This document shows positions 10,296 through 19,936 of a stretch of 64,000 nt of DNA, one piece after another. The first letter of the stretch is position 1; every line of letters begins with the position of its first letter. Both the position numbers and the translations under genes were made by a program. Below the pieces are notes generated by a model, which searched no databases, was not told where the DNA came from, and was given only the letters and a program-made list of their open reading frames with translations. Source of the stretch: an uncultured Alphaproteobacteria bacterium (GTDB lineage: Bacteria > Pseudomonadota > Alphaproteobacteria > HIMB59 > GCA-002718135); contig CACIED010000002.1 in assembly GCA_902585605.1 (NCBI GenBank), positions 3,415-67,414 of the forward strand, written 5' to 3'.

Positions 10296-11309
10296 ATGTT
10301 CAAAGAACGTAAGATTCAAACAGGCATTAATAACATTTCAAATGGGTGGTTTAGAGCAAATATAGATCGCAAAAAACTTAAAGACCTCTCGAAAAGAACT
10401 GATTACGAGGGTTGGAAACATATTATAATTTTTACTATTACATTAACTGGCCTAGGTATCTTATCAGCTTACTTCTGGCAAACTTGGTGGTTTTTACCAT
10501 TCTATCTTGCGTATTGTATGTTCTGGGGTGGGGCAGACGCTATTTGGCATGAGTGTGGTCATAGAACAGCTTTTAAAACAAGAAAGTTAAATGATTTCTT
10601 TTATCATATTGCAAGCTTTATGAATAACTTTGAACCTGTAAGGTGGAGATGGAGTCATTCCCTACATCATAGTTACACCGCTTCAGTAGATCCTCACGAT
10701 TATGAAGCTGATGGAAGTATTTTTTCTAAACACACACTTTTAAGTTTTTTAATAAATTTTATTCCTGGGATTGGATTTTTTACTATACACAAATCACTAT
10801 ATGTTGAAATTTTCAAACATGCTCTCGGAATTAAGACAGATGTAATGAAAGATTGCATACCTGAAGATAAAATTAAAGATTGTATAAATAGTTCAAGAAT
10901 TTTTGTTTTTCTTTGGATATCAATAATTGCTTCTTCAATTTACTTTAGCTCATTACTTCCAATATTATTATTTTTAATTCCAAAATTTTTTGCAACTTTT
11001 AATAATATCTGGGGCATTACTCAACATATGGGTCTGCAAGAAAATACAAAAGATCATCGTCTATCTACAAGATCTGTGAGGTTGAATCCTGTATTCAGCT
11101 TCATATATTGGAAAATGGAATATCATATTGAGCATCATATGTTTCCAATGGTTCCATCTTACAATCTTCCTCAATTGTATGAAATAATAAAAGAACAATT
11201 ACCAGAACCACAAAGTTTATACTCTGCATACAAAGATATAATTCCAGCTGTTATTATAAAATCGAGAAATCCAGATTATTATATACCGGTACAAGTTCCA
11301 AATAATTAA
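10296..11309 (+). CDS. Membrane di-iron fatty-acid-desaturase-superfamily enzyme, MocD (rhizopine oxygenase)-like
   Basis: His boxes HECGH, HSLHH and YHIEHH plus TQH. HECGHRTAF..RKLND resembles the MocD subfamily; hydrophobic segments are present. Confidence 0.8.
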   Translation: MFKERKIQTGINNISNGWFRANIDRKKLKDLSKRTDYEGWKHIIIFTITLTGLGILSAYFWQTWWFLPFYLAYCMFWGGADAIWHECGHRTAFKTRKLNDFFYHIASFMNNFEPVRWRWSHSLHHSYTASVDPHDYEADGSIFSKHTLLSFLINFIPGIGFFTIHKSLYVEIFKHALGIKTDVMKDCIPEDKIKDCINSSRIFVFLWISIIASSIYFSSLLPILLFLIPKFFATFNNIWGITQHMGLQENTKDHRLSTRSVRLNPVFSFIYWKMEYHIEHHMFPMVPSYNLPQLYEIIKEQLPEPQSLYSAYKDIIPAVIIKSRNPDYYIPVQVPNN

Positions 11310-11316
11310 ACTCTAC

Positions 11317-11346
11317 TTGACACGCCTTTACCTTTAGTTTTATTAA
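11317..11346 (+). promoter_or_regulatory. Putative sigma70 promoter for the ALDH gene
   Basis: Perfect TTGACA at 11317-11322, 18-bp spacer, TATTAA at 11341-11346, ATG 9 nt later. The -10 lacks the -7 T, which is common in alphaproteobacteria. Confidence 0.45.
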
Positions 11347-11355
11347 CTAATTAAT

Positions 11356-12792
11356 ATGGAATTAAGAAATTTTATTGATGGTAAATTCATTAATTCATTA
11401 TCTAAAAAAAATATTCCCGTTTTAAATCCAGCAAATCAAAAAATTGTAGGAAATATTGATGAAGCTTTAGACGAAGAAATAAATTTAGCTTTTAATGCCG
11501 CAAAGAGGGCATTCGATCAAAGAATTTTAGTTGGAATGAATGCAAAAGATAAATCGAATATGATGAGAGCAATTGCTCAAAAACTTAGAGAGAAAAAAAA
11601 TGAAGGTGGCAAAATTCTTAGTCAAGAAAATGGTAAAACAATTAAACAGTGCATTGATGAATTTAAAGGTGCAGCCGATACTTTTGATTTTTATGCTGGA
11701 TTAACAGATAAAATAGAAAACAAATTGATACCGTCTGATCATGATACTTTAAATTATGTTGTACTGGAGCCATTTGGAGTAGCTTTACAAATTGTTCCTT
11801 GGAATTATCCAGTTTCAATTTTTTCAGGAATGGTTGCACAAAACTGGATTGTTGGAAATACTATTGTTATTAAACCTCCTGAGTTGTGCCCAATATCCTC
11901 AAACTTTTATGGTCAAATTTTTGAAGAAGTTGGAGTTCCAAAAGGTATAATAAATATTGTTCATGGTTATGGTGAAACTACTGGACGTAAATTAGTCCAA
12001 CATCCAGGAAGTGATTATATTGTTTTCACAGGTTCACCAGAAGTTGCATCTGAAATTCTCAAAGAAACAGCTGATAGAATTGTACCTACACATTTTGAAC
12101 TAGGTGGAAAATCTGCAGCAATAATTTATCCTGATGCAGATATAGATAAAGCTGTTGATAGTACTGTCAAAGGAATATTTGAACCCAATGCTGGACAAAT
12201 ATGTGTAGCAATGTCGAGAGTAATAATTCATCCTAAAATAAAAGATGAGTACATGACTAAACTTGTTGCCAAAACTAAAAAATTAAAAATTGGAGCTGGT
12301 GATGAAGAAGGGACTCAGGTAACACCACTAATTTCAACTGATCAAATGCAAAGGGTATCAAATTATGTGAAGTCAGGTATACAATCTGGAGCTACTTTAA
12401 CAATAGGTGGAGATAAAGCTGATAGAGACGATGGAAATTTTTATCAACCAACTATCTTTGATAATGTTAAAGTTGATGCAACAATTGCTCAAGAAGAAAT
12501 ATTTGGTCCTGTTACATCGATTTTTGATTTTGAAGATGAAGAAGAAGCAATAAATATAGCAAATTCAACCAAATATGGTTTAGCTTCTGGAGTATTCACG
12601 GCAGATGATCAAAAAGCTAAATGGACAGCTGATAGAATTCAAGCAGGGATAATTTGGCAAAATGATTGGTTTGTAGATGGTAAAAATCTTCCAGGCGGTG
12701 GGTATAAAAGATCGGGCTATGGAAGAGATGGTGGGATTGATGGTGTTTATAGCCACGGACAAACTAAAAGAATAAGTAAAAGACTCTACTAG
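11356..12792 (+). CDS. NAD(P)-dependent aldehyde dehydrogenase
   Basis: VPWNYP, FTGS, ELGGKS, catalytic GQICVA and EEIFGPV. Confidence 0.93.
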   Translation: MELRNFIDGKFINSLSKKNIPVLNPANQKIVGNIDEALDEEINLAFNAAKRAFDQRILVGMNAKDKSNMMRAIAQKLREKKNEGGKILSQENGKTIKQCIDEFKGAADTFDFYAGLTDKIENKLIPSDHDTLNYVVLEPFGVALQIVPWNYPVSIFSGMVAQNWIVGNTIVIKPPELCPISSNFYGQIFEEVGVPKGIINIVHGYGETTGRKLVQHPGSDYIVFTGSPEVASEILKETADRIVPTHFELGGKSAAIIYPDADIDKAVDSTVKGIFEPNAGQICVAMSRVIIHPKIKDEYMTKLVAKTKKLKIGAGDEEGTQVTPLISTDQMQRVSNYVKSGIQSGATLTIGGDKADRDDGNFYQPTIFDNVKVDATIAQEEIFGPVTSIFDFEDEEEAINIANSTKYGLASGVFTADDQKAKWTADRIQAGIIWQNDWFVDGKNLPGGGYKRSGYGRDGGIDGVYSHGQTKRISKRLY

Positions 12793-12822
12793 TTGACATT
12801 AACAAGTAATTTTAGTTAAACT
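12793..12822 (+). promoter_or_regulatory. Putative sigma70 promoter for the CUT2 ABC operon
   Basis: TTGACA at 12793-12798, 18-bp spacer, TAAACT at 12817-12822. Confidence 0.5.
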
Positions 12823-12872
12823 TTATTAATATTAATTAATATTATTTTTTTATTTAATTCATGGGAGGAATT

Positions 12873-13868
12873 ATGAAAATTATAAAATTATTTGTTATCA
12901 CTCTTTTTCTTCTTCCAGTTTCAATGCACGCTTATGCTGCTCCAACTGGACAAGATCTAGGTGATAAATGGTGCTCAGACGTAAAAATGCATTTTTACGC
13001 TGGTGGTCCTGAAGCTGGTGGCTTTGCTGGAATAGTTGCAGCAGGAGCTATGAATGCTATTAGAGACACAGGTGCAGATGCTGAAATTATATATTCAGAA
13101 TGGGATTTTGAAAAAATGGTGCGTCAACTTAGAGAATCAGTTGGACTTGGAGTGGATGCTATTGCTATGATGGGACATCCAGGAGATGAAGCTCTTATGC
13201 CTTTAGCAAAACAAGCAGCTGAAAAAGGTATCCTAATGACTTATCAAAACGTTGATCCATCAGGTGTAAGAGCAAAATACGGAGGTGGATACGTTGGAGC
13301 AAATTTAGCAACTCAAGGAAAAGCATTAGCTAGAGAAGCAATTAGGCAATTTGGTTTCAAAGCTGGGGATCATGCTATAGTAATGGTTCCTATCGGAGAT
13401 TACGCTAGAGCTCAAAGAGAAGATGGTGCAAGAATCATATTTGAAGAACATGGAATGACAGTTACTGTTCTTGATGGACAACCAAATTATGCTTCAGATC
13501 CTAATATGACTATCCCAGTTTTCTCAGCTGCATTAAATGCAAACCCTGAAACAAAAGTAATTGTTCACTCTGGAAGTGATGTAATGAATGTTGCAGAGGG
13601 TATTGCAAAAGCTGCTGGTTATGGACCTGGTGAATTACTCCAAATTGGATTTGATACGAGCCCGCAAATTATGTCGGCATTGGAAAAAGGATATGTTCAT
13701 CTAACATCAGACCAACAACCTTTCCTTCAAGGGTATCTTCCAGTTTTATCACTTTGTCAAACAGCTGTACTTGGTACTGGTGCGATAAACCAAGATACTG
13801 GTGCAGGATTTGTTGATACAAATAATTATAAAGCTGTAAAAGCTCTTGCTGATGCAGGTTTAAGATAG
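12873..13868 (+). CDS. Sugar ABC transporter substrate-binding protein (periplasmic binding protein type 1, CUT2)
   Basis: Signal peptide and Peripla_BP-like sequence (GGGYVGAN, IGFD, DQQPFLQGY). SD GGAGGAA at 12864-12870 supports ATG 12873. Confidence 0.85.
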   Translation: MKIIKLFVITLFLLPVSMHAYAAPTGQDLGDKWCSDVKMHFYAGGPEAGGFAGIVAAGAMNAIRDTGADAEIIYSEWDFEKMVRQLRESVGLGVDAIAMMGHPGDEALMPLAKQAAEKGILMTYQNVDPSGVRAKYGGGYVGANLATQGKALAREAIRQFGFKAGDHAIVMVPIGDYARAQREDGARIIFEEHGMTVTVLDGQPNYASDPNMTIPVFSAALNANPETKVIVHSGSDVMNVAEGIAKAAGYGPGELLQIGFDTSPQIMSALEKGYVHLTSDQQPFLQGYLPVLSLCQTAVLGTGAINQDTGAGFVDTNNYKAVKALADAGLR

Positions 13869-13878
13869 AAATATATTT

Positions 13879-13904
13879 TGCTAACCCATTTTAATGGGTT
13901 AGCA
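13879..13904 (+). terminator. Stem-loop after the SBP gene (mRNA stabiliser or partial terminator)
   Basis: TGCTAACCCATT-TT-AATGGGTTAGCA perfect inverted repeat, with no clear U-tract. Confidence 0.6.
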
Positions 13905-13915
13905 TTGAAAAATTT

Positions 13916-14662
13916 ATGGAAAATATCATTGAGTTAAATAATGTTACAAAAAGATTTGGCGGCATTACAGCCCTGAACAAAGCTTCATTAAAAGTAACCA
14001 AGGGTGAGGTCGTTGGTTTAATTGGTGATAATGGTGCAGGAAAATCCACTTTAATAAAAACATTAGTTGGAGTTTATAGTCCTGATGAAGGTGATATTCT
14101 TATAAGGGGAGAAAAAGTAAGTAGTTGGAATGCTCTTAAAGCTAGAGAGTCTGGCATTGAAACCGTTTTTCAAGATAGAGCTTTAACACCACAACAATCA
14201 ATAGTTAAGAATATTTTTATGGGGAAGGAGCTTAGATATCCATTTGGCTTTATAAAAGAAAAAGAACAAATTTTTGAGGCAAACAGATTAATAAGAGAAA
14301 TAGGTTTTACATCAAAATTAATAAACGCTGAGTCTCCAGTTGGAAATTTATCTGGAGGTGAAAGACAAGGAGTGGCAATAGCGAGAGCAATTTATAATAA
14401 AGCAGAGTTAATTGTTCTTGATGAACCAACAAATAACTTATCTCTAAATGAAACACAGAAAGTATTTGACTTTGTCTTAAATGTAAAAAAAACAAATAGA
14501 TCAGTTCTATTTATTGGTCATAACATTTATCATGTTTACGATATATCAGATAGATTTGTAATTTTAGATAGAGGAGAAGTTGTTCATAAACTTAACAAGA
14601 ATGATATATCTACTCCAGAAGAACTTATGAAAATAATGAGAGATACTATAAGGACGCACTAA
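13916..14662 (+). CDS. Sugar ABC transporter ATP-binding protein (single-domain CUT2 type)
   Basis: GDNGAGKST, LSGGERQ, LDEPT and GHN. Confidence 0.92.
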   Translation: MENIIELNNVTKRFGGITALNKASLKVTKGEVVGLIGDNGAGKSTLIKTLVGVYSPDEGDILIRGEKVSSWNALKARESGIETVFQDRALTPQQSIVKNIFMGKELRYPFGFIKEKEQIFEANRLIREIGFTSKLINAESPVGNLSGGERQGVAIARAIYNKAELIVLDEPTNNLSLNETQKVFDFVLNVKKTNRSVLFIGHNIYHVYDISDRFVILDRGEVVHKLNKNDISTPEELMKIMRDTIRTH

Positions 14663-15636
14663 TGAGTAACAATAATTCATATTTAAGTAACTATTTTCAC
14701 AAAAATGGAAGAGCTTTGGGAAGCATAGGATACTTTGTATTATTAATGGTAATTTTTTTAATTGGTGCACCAGAAGCTTGGATTAGACCCAACCTACATC
14801 AATCGGTATTTGTGATGATGCCAACTTTGATATTTTTAACTATTCCATTAGTTTTTTTGGTTGCATCTGGTGAAATCGATCTTTCATTTGCCTCTACTTA
14901 TGCTGTAGCAGCTTACGTTTTTGCTTTACTCGTTAAAAATGGAGTTGATCCAGCTATTTGCTTTGTACTAGGAGTTTTTACTGGCGCAGCTATTGGTGCG
15001 CTTGTTGGAACATTAATTGTTGTATTCAGACTTTCATCTCTTGTTGCATCACTTGGAGTTCTATTTTTACTAAGAGGTGTAATTCTTTTACTGACAAATA
15101 GTAGATCCATTACAATTATGGAAATAGAGAACCACTGGATATACCCTCTTTTAGTTGGAAATTTTTACGGCTTTCCAATGCAAATTTTTTGGGCAGCAAT
15201 ATTTGTAATTTTTTGTTACTATTTTTTTAACAAACATGTTTTTGGAATTCATATTCAACATGTTGGGGACAACTCTGTGAGTGCTGAACAGATGGGTATA
15301 AATGTTAATGCAGTAAAGATTAAAGCTTTCATGTTTGTTGGGATCGGTGCTGCCATAGGTGGAATATTTACAACAATGATAACTTATACATTTTTTCCCA
15401 CTCAAGGCTTTGGTTACTTATTGTTAGCTCTTGCAGCAGTTTTTGTTGGTGGCACTCCATATTGGGGAGGTTTAGGTACTATTATTGGAGCAGTTTTTGG
15501 TGTTGGAATAATTGCTTATATGGAAATTGGTATTATTGCTATTGGTTGGAGTGGTGAGTGGAGGCAATTTTTTAATGGATTGATTATATTATTAGCATTA
15601 TTAGGACATCGTTTACATGGAGAAAGAGTAAGATAA
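14662..15636 (+). CDS. Sugar ABC transporter permease (RbsC/BPD_transp_2)
   Basis: GEIDLS, highly hydrophobic sequence, VFVGGT..GG.GTIIG. Confidence 0.9.
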   Translation: MSNNNSYLSNYFHKNGRALGSIGYFVLLMVIFLIGAPEAWIRPNLHQSVFVMMPTLIFLTIPLVFLVASGEIDLSFASTYAVAAYVFALLVKNGVDPAICFVLGVFTGAAIGALVGTLIVVFRLSSLVASLGVLFLLRGVILLLTNSRSITIMEIENHWIYPLLVGNFYGFPMQIFWAAIFVIFCYYFFNKHVFGIHIQHVGDNSVSAEQMGINVNAVKIKAFMFVGIGAAIGGIFTTMITYTFFPTQGFGYLLLALAAVFVGGTPYWGGLGTIIGAVFGVGIIAYMEIGIIAIGWSGEWRQFFNGLIILLALLGHRLHGERVR

Positions 15637-15642
15637 TACCAA

Positions 15643-16425
15643 ATGACTAATGTTATCATCTGGAATGAAAATATTCATGAAGTAGAAAATAAAGAGGTTG
15701 AAAAAATCTATCCTAATGGCATTCATAATTGTATTAAAGATTTTTTATCTAATGATTCTAATTTAAAGATTAAAACCGCCACATTAAAAGAAGATCAAAA
15801 CGGCTTGAATGAAGAATTACTTAAAAATTGTAGCGTGCTCATATGGTGGGGTCATAAAGCGCATGATGAGGTATTAGATTCAACAGTTGATTTAGTACAA
15901 AGACGAGTTCTTGAGGGTATGGGCTTAATTGTATTACATTCTGGTCATCACTCTAAAATATTTAAAAGACTAATGGGTACAAATTGTAATTTAACTTGGA
16001 GAGAATTTGGTGAAAAAGAGAGGTTATGGATATGCAATCCAGGACATCCAATTTGTGATGGTTTAGAGCCTTATTTTGAAATAGAGATGGAAGAAATGTA
16101 TGGAGAACCTTTTCAAGTACCATCGCCCGATGAGACACTTTTTACAAGCTGGTTTGAAGGTGGGGAAACTTTTAGATCAGGATTACTCTATAAAAGAGGA
16201 AATGGTCAAATATTCTATTTTCGACCAGGTCACGAAGCGTATCCAACTTATCATAATATAAATATTCAAAAAGTAATAAAAAATGCAATACATTTTGTAA
16301 AACAGAAAAATAAAGCTTTGTGGGAAGACATACACTCTCCCACTCCCAAAAGTAATAGATCAAAACCTATTGAAAAAATTAATAAGAAAGGTTTTAGTGT
16401 AGGACATCCTACAGAAGAAAAATGA
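15643..16425 (+). CDS. thuA: Trehalose utilization protein ThuA
   Basis: IWNENIHE, YPNGIH, WWGHKAH, LHSGHHSK, EEMYGEPF and FRPGHEAYPTY, all characteristic of ThuA. Confidence 0.9.
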   Translation: MTNVIIWNENIHEVENKEVEKIYPNGIHNCIKDFLSNDSNLKIKTATLKEDQNGLNEELLKNCSVLIWWGHKAHDEVLDSTVDLVQRRVLEGMGLIVLHSGHHSKIFKRLMGTNCNLTWREFGEKERLWICNPGHPICDGLEPYFEIEMEEMYGEPFQVPSPDETLFTSWFEGGETFRSGLLYKRGNGQIFYFRPGHEAYPTYHNINIQKVIKNAIHFVKQKNKALWEDIHSPTPKSNRSKPIEKINKKGFSVGHPTEEK

Positions 16426-16426
16426 A

Positions 16427-17482
16427 ATGAAAATTGGTATTGTCGGAACAGGAAATATTTCATCAAGGCATTTTGAAGAATTTAACAATATAACAAATGT
16501 CAACGTTGAAGCTGTTTGTGATACAAATAAAAAAAATTTAGAAAAATTTTTAACAAATTATAAAAATACAGATATCAGAGGGTATTTAAGCTTAGATGAA
16601 ATGCTTGAAAAAGAAAAAACATTTGATGGTATTAGTAATACAACACCTGATAAATTTCATAAAGAAACTACACTACAAATTTTAAAAAGTGGATATAATG
16701 TTTTTTGTGAAAAACCACTTGCTGAAAATTATAGTGATGCAAAAGATATGGTTTATGCGGCAGTACAATCCAAAAAAATTAATATGGTTAATTTTACTTA
16801 TAGGGAATCAAGCGCATATCAAAAATTAGTAGAAATATTAAAATCTGGAGAGATCGGAAATCCTAGACACGTAAGCGCTTGTTATTATCAGTCATGGCTT
16901 GCAAGTAACAAATGGGGTGATTGGAGAAAAGAGGATAAGTGGTTATGGAGACTTTCTACGAAACATGGAAGTAATGGTGCTTTAGGAGACACGGGTGTTC
17001 ATATTTTTGATTTTGCTGTGAATGCTGTAGGAGATATCAGAGAAATATGTGCTGATTTAAAAACATATTTCGATAAAGGAAATAAAATAAAAGAATATAC
17101 CCTAGATGCAAATGATGGATTTAATTCCTTAGTTAGATTTGAAAATGGAGCTATTGGAACAGTAACCAATACAAGATTTGCAACAGGACATGCAAACTCC
17201 TTAATTCTAGAAGTATTTTGCACTAAAGGCGCTGTAAAGGTTGAGTTAGATGAGGAAAGAACAAAATGGTCGACGCTTCATATTTGTATAAATGAAAATA
17301 TTAATAAAATGTCTTGGGATAAAATAGAGTGTCCAAAAACACCTAGCAATTATCAAAATTTTGTACAGTCAATAAAAACAAACTTGAATATGCAGCCAGA
17401 TTTTTATCAAGGTGCTAAAATTCAAAATATTATTGATAAATGTATAGAAAGTAATGAAATTAATAGCTGGGTTAAAGTTTAA
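16427..17482 (+). CDS. thuB: Gfo/Idh/MocA oxidoreductase, ThuB-like (putative glycoside 3-dehydrogenase)
   Basis: CEKPLA, WLWRLSTKHGSNGALGDTGVHIFD; directly after thuA. Confidence 0.75.
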   Translation: MKIGIVGTGNISSRHFEEFNNITNVNVEAVCDTNKKNLEKFLTNYKNTDIRGYLSLDEMLEKEKTFDGISNTTPDKFHKETTLQILKSGYNVFCEKPLAENYSDAKDMVYAAVQSKKINMVNFTYRESSAYQKLVEILKSGEIGNPRHVSACYYQSWLASNKWGDWRKEDKWLWRLSTKHGSNGALGDTGVHIFDFAVNAVGDIREICADLKTYFDKGNKIKEYTLDANDGFNSLVRFENGAIGTVTNTRFATGHANSLILEVFCTKGAVKVELDEERTKWSTLHICINENINKMSWDKIECPKTPSNYQNFVQSIKTNLNMQPDFYQGAKIQNIIDKCIESNEINSWVKV

Positions 17483-17526
17483 TAGAACAAAATAGTTAAT
17501 TTTTTACCAAAAAAAATTATTATAAA

Positions 17527-17554
17527 TTGACAATATGTAATCATGGGATATTTG
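17527..17554 (+). promoter_or_regulatory. Putative promoter upstream of aglE
   Basis: TTGACA at 17527-17532 with only a weak -10 candidate (TATTTG, 17549-17554); SD TAGGAGGA at 17566-17573. Confidence 0.35.
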
Positions 17555-17576
17555 TTTTTATAAATTAGGAGGATTA

Positions 17577-18887
17577 ATGAATTACACAATTAAAAGTTTA
17601 ATAATGTTTATCTCTTCATTATTTCTAAGTTTGTCTGCATTTGCAGGTGGTCATTCTTATTCTGGTCCAGATCTAAGTGGTCAAAAAATTACTGTTTTTG
17701 GTCCATGGTTAGCACCACAAGATGATGACTTTAGAGATGTTGTTTCAATTTTTGAAAAAGCTACTGGAGCAACTGTTGAGTACGGTGGTTCAGATAGTTT
17801 TGAACAACAAGTAATGATTGACTTGAAAGCTGGAAGTGCTGCAGATGCTGTTATTTTCCCACAACCTGGATTAGCCGCTAATGCAGCAGCAATGGGAGGA
17901 TTAGTTCCTCTTGGTGATGATATAAAGGAAATGGTTTTAGATGATTATGCTGCTGGACAATCATGGGTAGATCTAACAACTTATGCTGATGAAAATGGTG
18001 TTGATCAATTCATGGGAGTATTTTTTAGAGTAAATGTAAAAAGTTTAGTTTGGTATTCTCCAGATAACTTTGAAGATAATGGTTATGAAATTCCAGAAAC
18101 AATGGAAGAGCTGATTGCATTAACTGATCAAATGGCTTCAGATGGAAATACACCCTGGTGTATTGGTTTGGGTTCTGGTGCAGCTACTGGCTGGCCTGCA
18201 ACTGACTGGATGGAAGACATTATGCTAAGAACTCATTCACCAGAGGTCTATGACATGTGGGTTTCTAATGAAATGCCATTTAATGATCCACGAGTTATTG
18301 AAGCAATGGATACTTTTGGTTCATTTGCCTTAAATGATAGTTATGTAAATGGTGGAAGTAAAGCTGTTGCAACTACAGATTTTAGAGATGCTCCAAATGG
18401 ATTATTTACATCTCCAGCTGAGTGTATGATGCATAGACAAGCTAGCTTTATCCCAGCTTTCTTTCCTGAAGGATCTGAGGCAGGAGTTGATTATGACTTC
18501 TTCTATTTCCCAGCATTTGCGGGTAAAGATCTTGGAAAGCCAGTTTTAGGTGCAGGTACTCTTGTAGCTGCAACCAATGATAATGCTGCAACTATTGAGT
18601 TCATGAAATTTTTATTACACCCTGAACCAAATGAAAGATTTATGGAAAAAGGAGGTTTCTTAACTCCTCATAAAGGTGTTGATAAAAATAAATACTCAAG
18701 TGAAACATTTAAGGGTCTTCACGATATTCTTTTGGGCGCTACTACATTTAGATTTGATGGATCAGATCTAATGCCTGGTGCTATCGGCGCTGGAACTTTC
18801 TGGACTGGTATGGTTGATTATACCAATGGAAAATCAGCAAAAGATGTAGCAGATGCAATCCAAGACAGTTGGGATGCTATTAAGTAA
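17577..18887 (+). CDS. aglE: Alpha-glucoside ABC transporter substrate-binding protein AglE-like
   Basis: FPQPGL, NVKSLVWY, WCIGLGSGAATGWPATDWMED, HRQASFI and FRFDGSDLMPGAIGAG. Confidence 0.85.
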   Translation: MNYTIKSLIMFISSLFLSLSAFAGGHSYSGPDLSGQKITVFGPWLAPQDDDFRDVVSIFEKATGATVEYGGSDSFEQQVMIDLKAGSAADAVIFPQPGLAANAAAMGGLVPLGDDIKEMVLDDYAAGQSWVDLTTYADENGVDQFMGVFFRVNVKSLVWYSPDNFEDNGYEIPETMEELIALTDQMASDGNTPWCIGLGSGAATGWPATDWMEDIMLRTHSPEVYDMWVSNEMPFNDPRVIEAMDTFGSFALNDSYVNGGSKAVATTDFRDAPNGLFTSPAECMMHRQASFIPAFFPEGSEAGVDYDFFYFPAFAGKDLGKPVLGAGTLVAATNDNAATIEFMKFLLHPEPNERFMEKGGFLTPHKGVDKNKYSSETFKGLHDILLGATTFRFDGSDLMPGAIGAGTFWTGMVDYTNGKSAKDVADAIQDSWDAIK

Positions 18888-18901
18888 TTTAAAATAATTA
18901 C

Positions 18902-18936
18902 CAGGCGAACAAATGACTTGTTCGCCTGTTTTTTTT
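18902..18936 (+). terminator. Intrinsic terminator between aglE and aglF
   Basis: 11-bp perfect stem CAGGCGAACAA/TTGTTCGCCTG, 5-nt loop, then 8 T. Confidence 0.85.
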
Positions 18937-18952
18937 ATATATTGACTTTTCA

Positions 18953-19936
18953 ATGACCATCCTAAATTTATTTTTTGTTGTTTTTTTAGGAATATTATTT
19001 TTTGTAAGTTATTTTCATATTTCTAACTTAGTTCTAGATACTTATGGTGAGAAAAGTGTAAAAAGATATAATTTTGAAAATTCAATAAGAGTAATAATTT
19101 TTATTGCACCTGCTTTTATTGTTTTATTTATATTTATTTTATATCCAGTTTTTGAAACTGTTAGACTTAGTTTTTATGATAAATTTGGAAGAGAATTTGT
19201 TGGATTTTACAATTATAAATGGGCAATTAGTGATCCTGAGTTCAGAAGAAGCATATTAAACAATTTAATTTGGTTACTTGTTGTGCCAACATTAAGCACT
19301 TTTTTTGGATTGGTTATTGCAAAGCTAGCAGATAATATTTGGTGGGGATCAATTGCAAAATCAATAATATTTATGCCTATGGCAATATCATTTGTTGGTG
19401 CTGGTGTTATATGGAAATTTATTTATGAATACAGAGGGCCTGGAGATACCCAAATAGGGCTACTTAATGCAATTATAGTTTCATTTGGCTACGAACCTCA
19501 AGCCTGGATAACGATTCCATTTTGGAATAACTTTTTTTTAATGGCTATAATGATTTGGATTCAAACAGGATTGGCGCTGGTAATATTTAGTGCTGCTTTA
19601 AGAAGTATACCTAAAGAAATGCTGGAAGCTGCAAGAATTGATGGAGCTAGTGAATTAAAAATATTTTTTTCTATTATTATACCCTATTTAGAACAAACAA
19701 TTCTTGTCATTTGGACTTTGATAACAATTATTGTTCTAAGAATTTTTGATATTATTTTTGCTATGACAAATGGGGAATGGCAAACTGGAGTATTAGCTAA
19801 TTTAATGTATGATTGGATGTTTAGGGGTGGAGGAGACTCTGGAAGAGGTAGTGTTCTAGCTATAGTAATTATGATTGGGGTAATACCAATCCTAGCTTGG
19901 AATTTATATAAACATAGACAGGAACAAAAAATATAA
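18953..19936 (+). CDS. aglF: Alpha-glucoside ABC permease AglF-like
   Basis: PMAISFVGAGVIWKFIY, QIGLLNA and the EAA loop (EAARIDGASE). Confidence 0.85.
   Translation: MTILNLFFVVFLGILFFVSYFHISNLVLDTYGEKSVKRYNFENSIRVIIFIAPAFIVLFIFILYPVFETVRLSFYDKFGREFVGFYNYKWAISDPEFRRSILNNLIWLLVVPTLSTFFGLVIAKLADNIWWGSIAKSIIFMPMAISFVGAGVIWKFIYEYRGPGDTQIGLLNAIIVSFGYEPQAWITIPFWNNFFLMAIMIWIQTGLALVIFSAALRSIPKEMLEAARIDGASELKIFFSIIIPYLEQTILVIWTLITIIVLRIFDIIFAMTNGEWQTGVLANLMYDWMFRGGGDSGRGSVLAIVIMIGVIPILAWNLYKHRQEQKI

Noticed and set aside
11310-12798. ACTCTACT next to both TTGACA boxes (11310-11317 and 12783-12790) as an activator site
   Set aside because: The spacing to the -35 differs by 3 nt, the second copy is simply the last ALDH codons, and two copies are too few.
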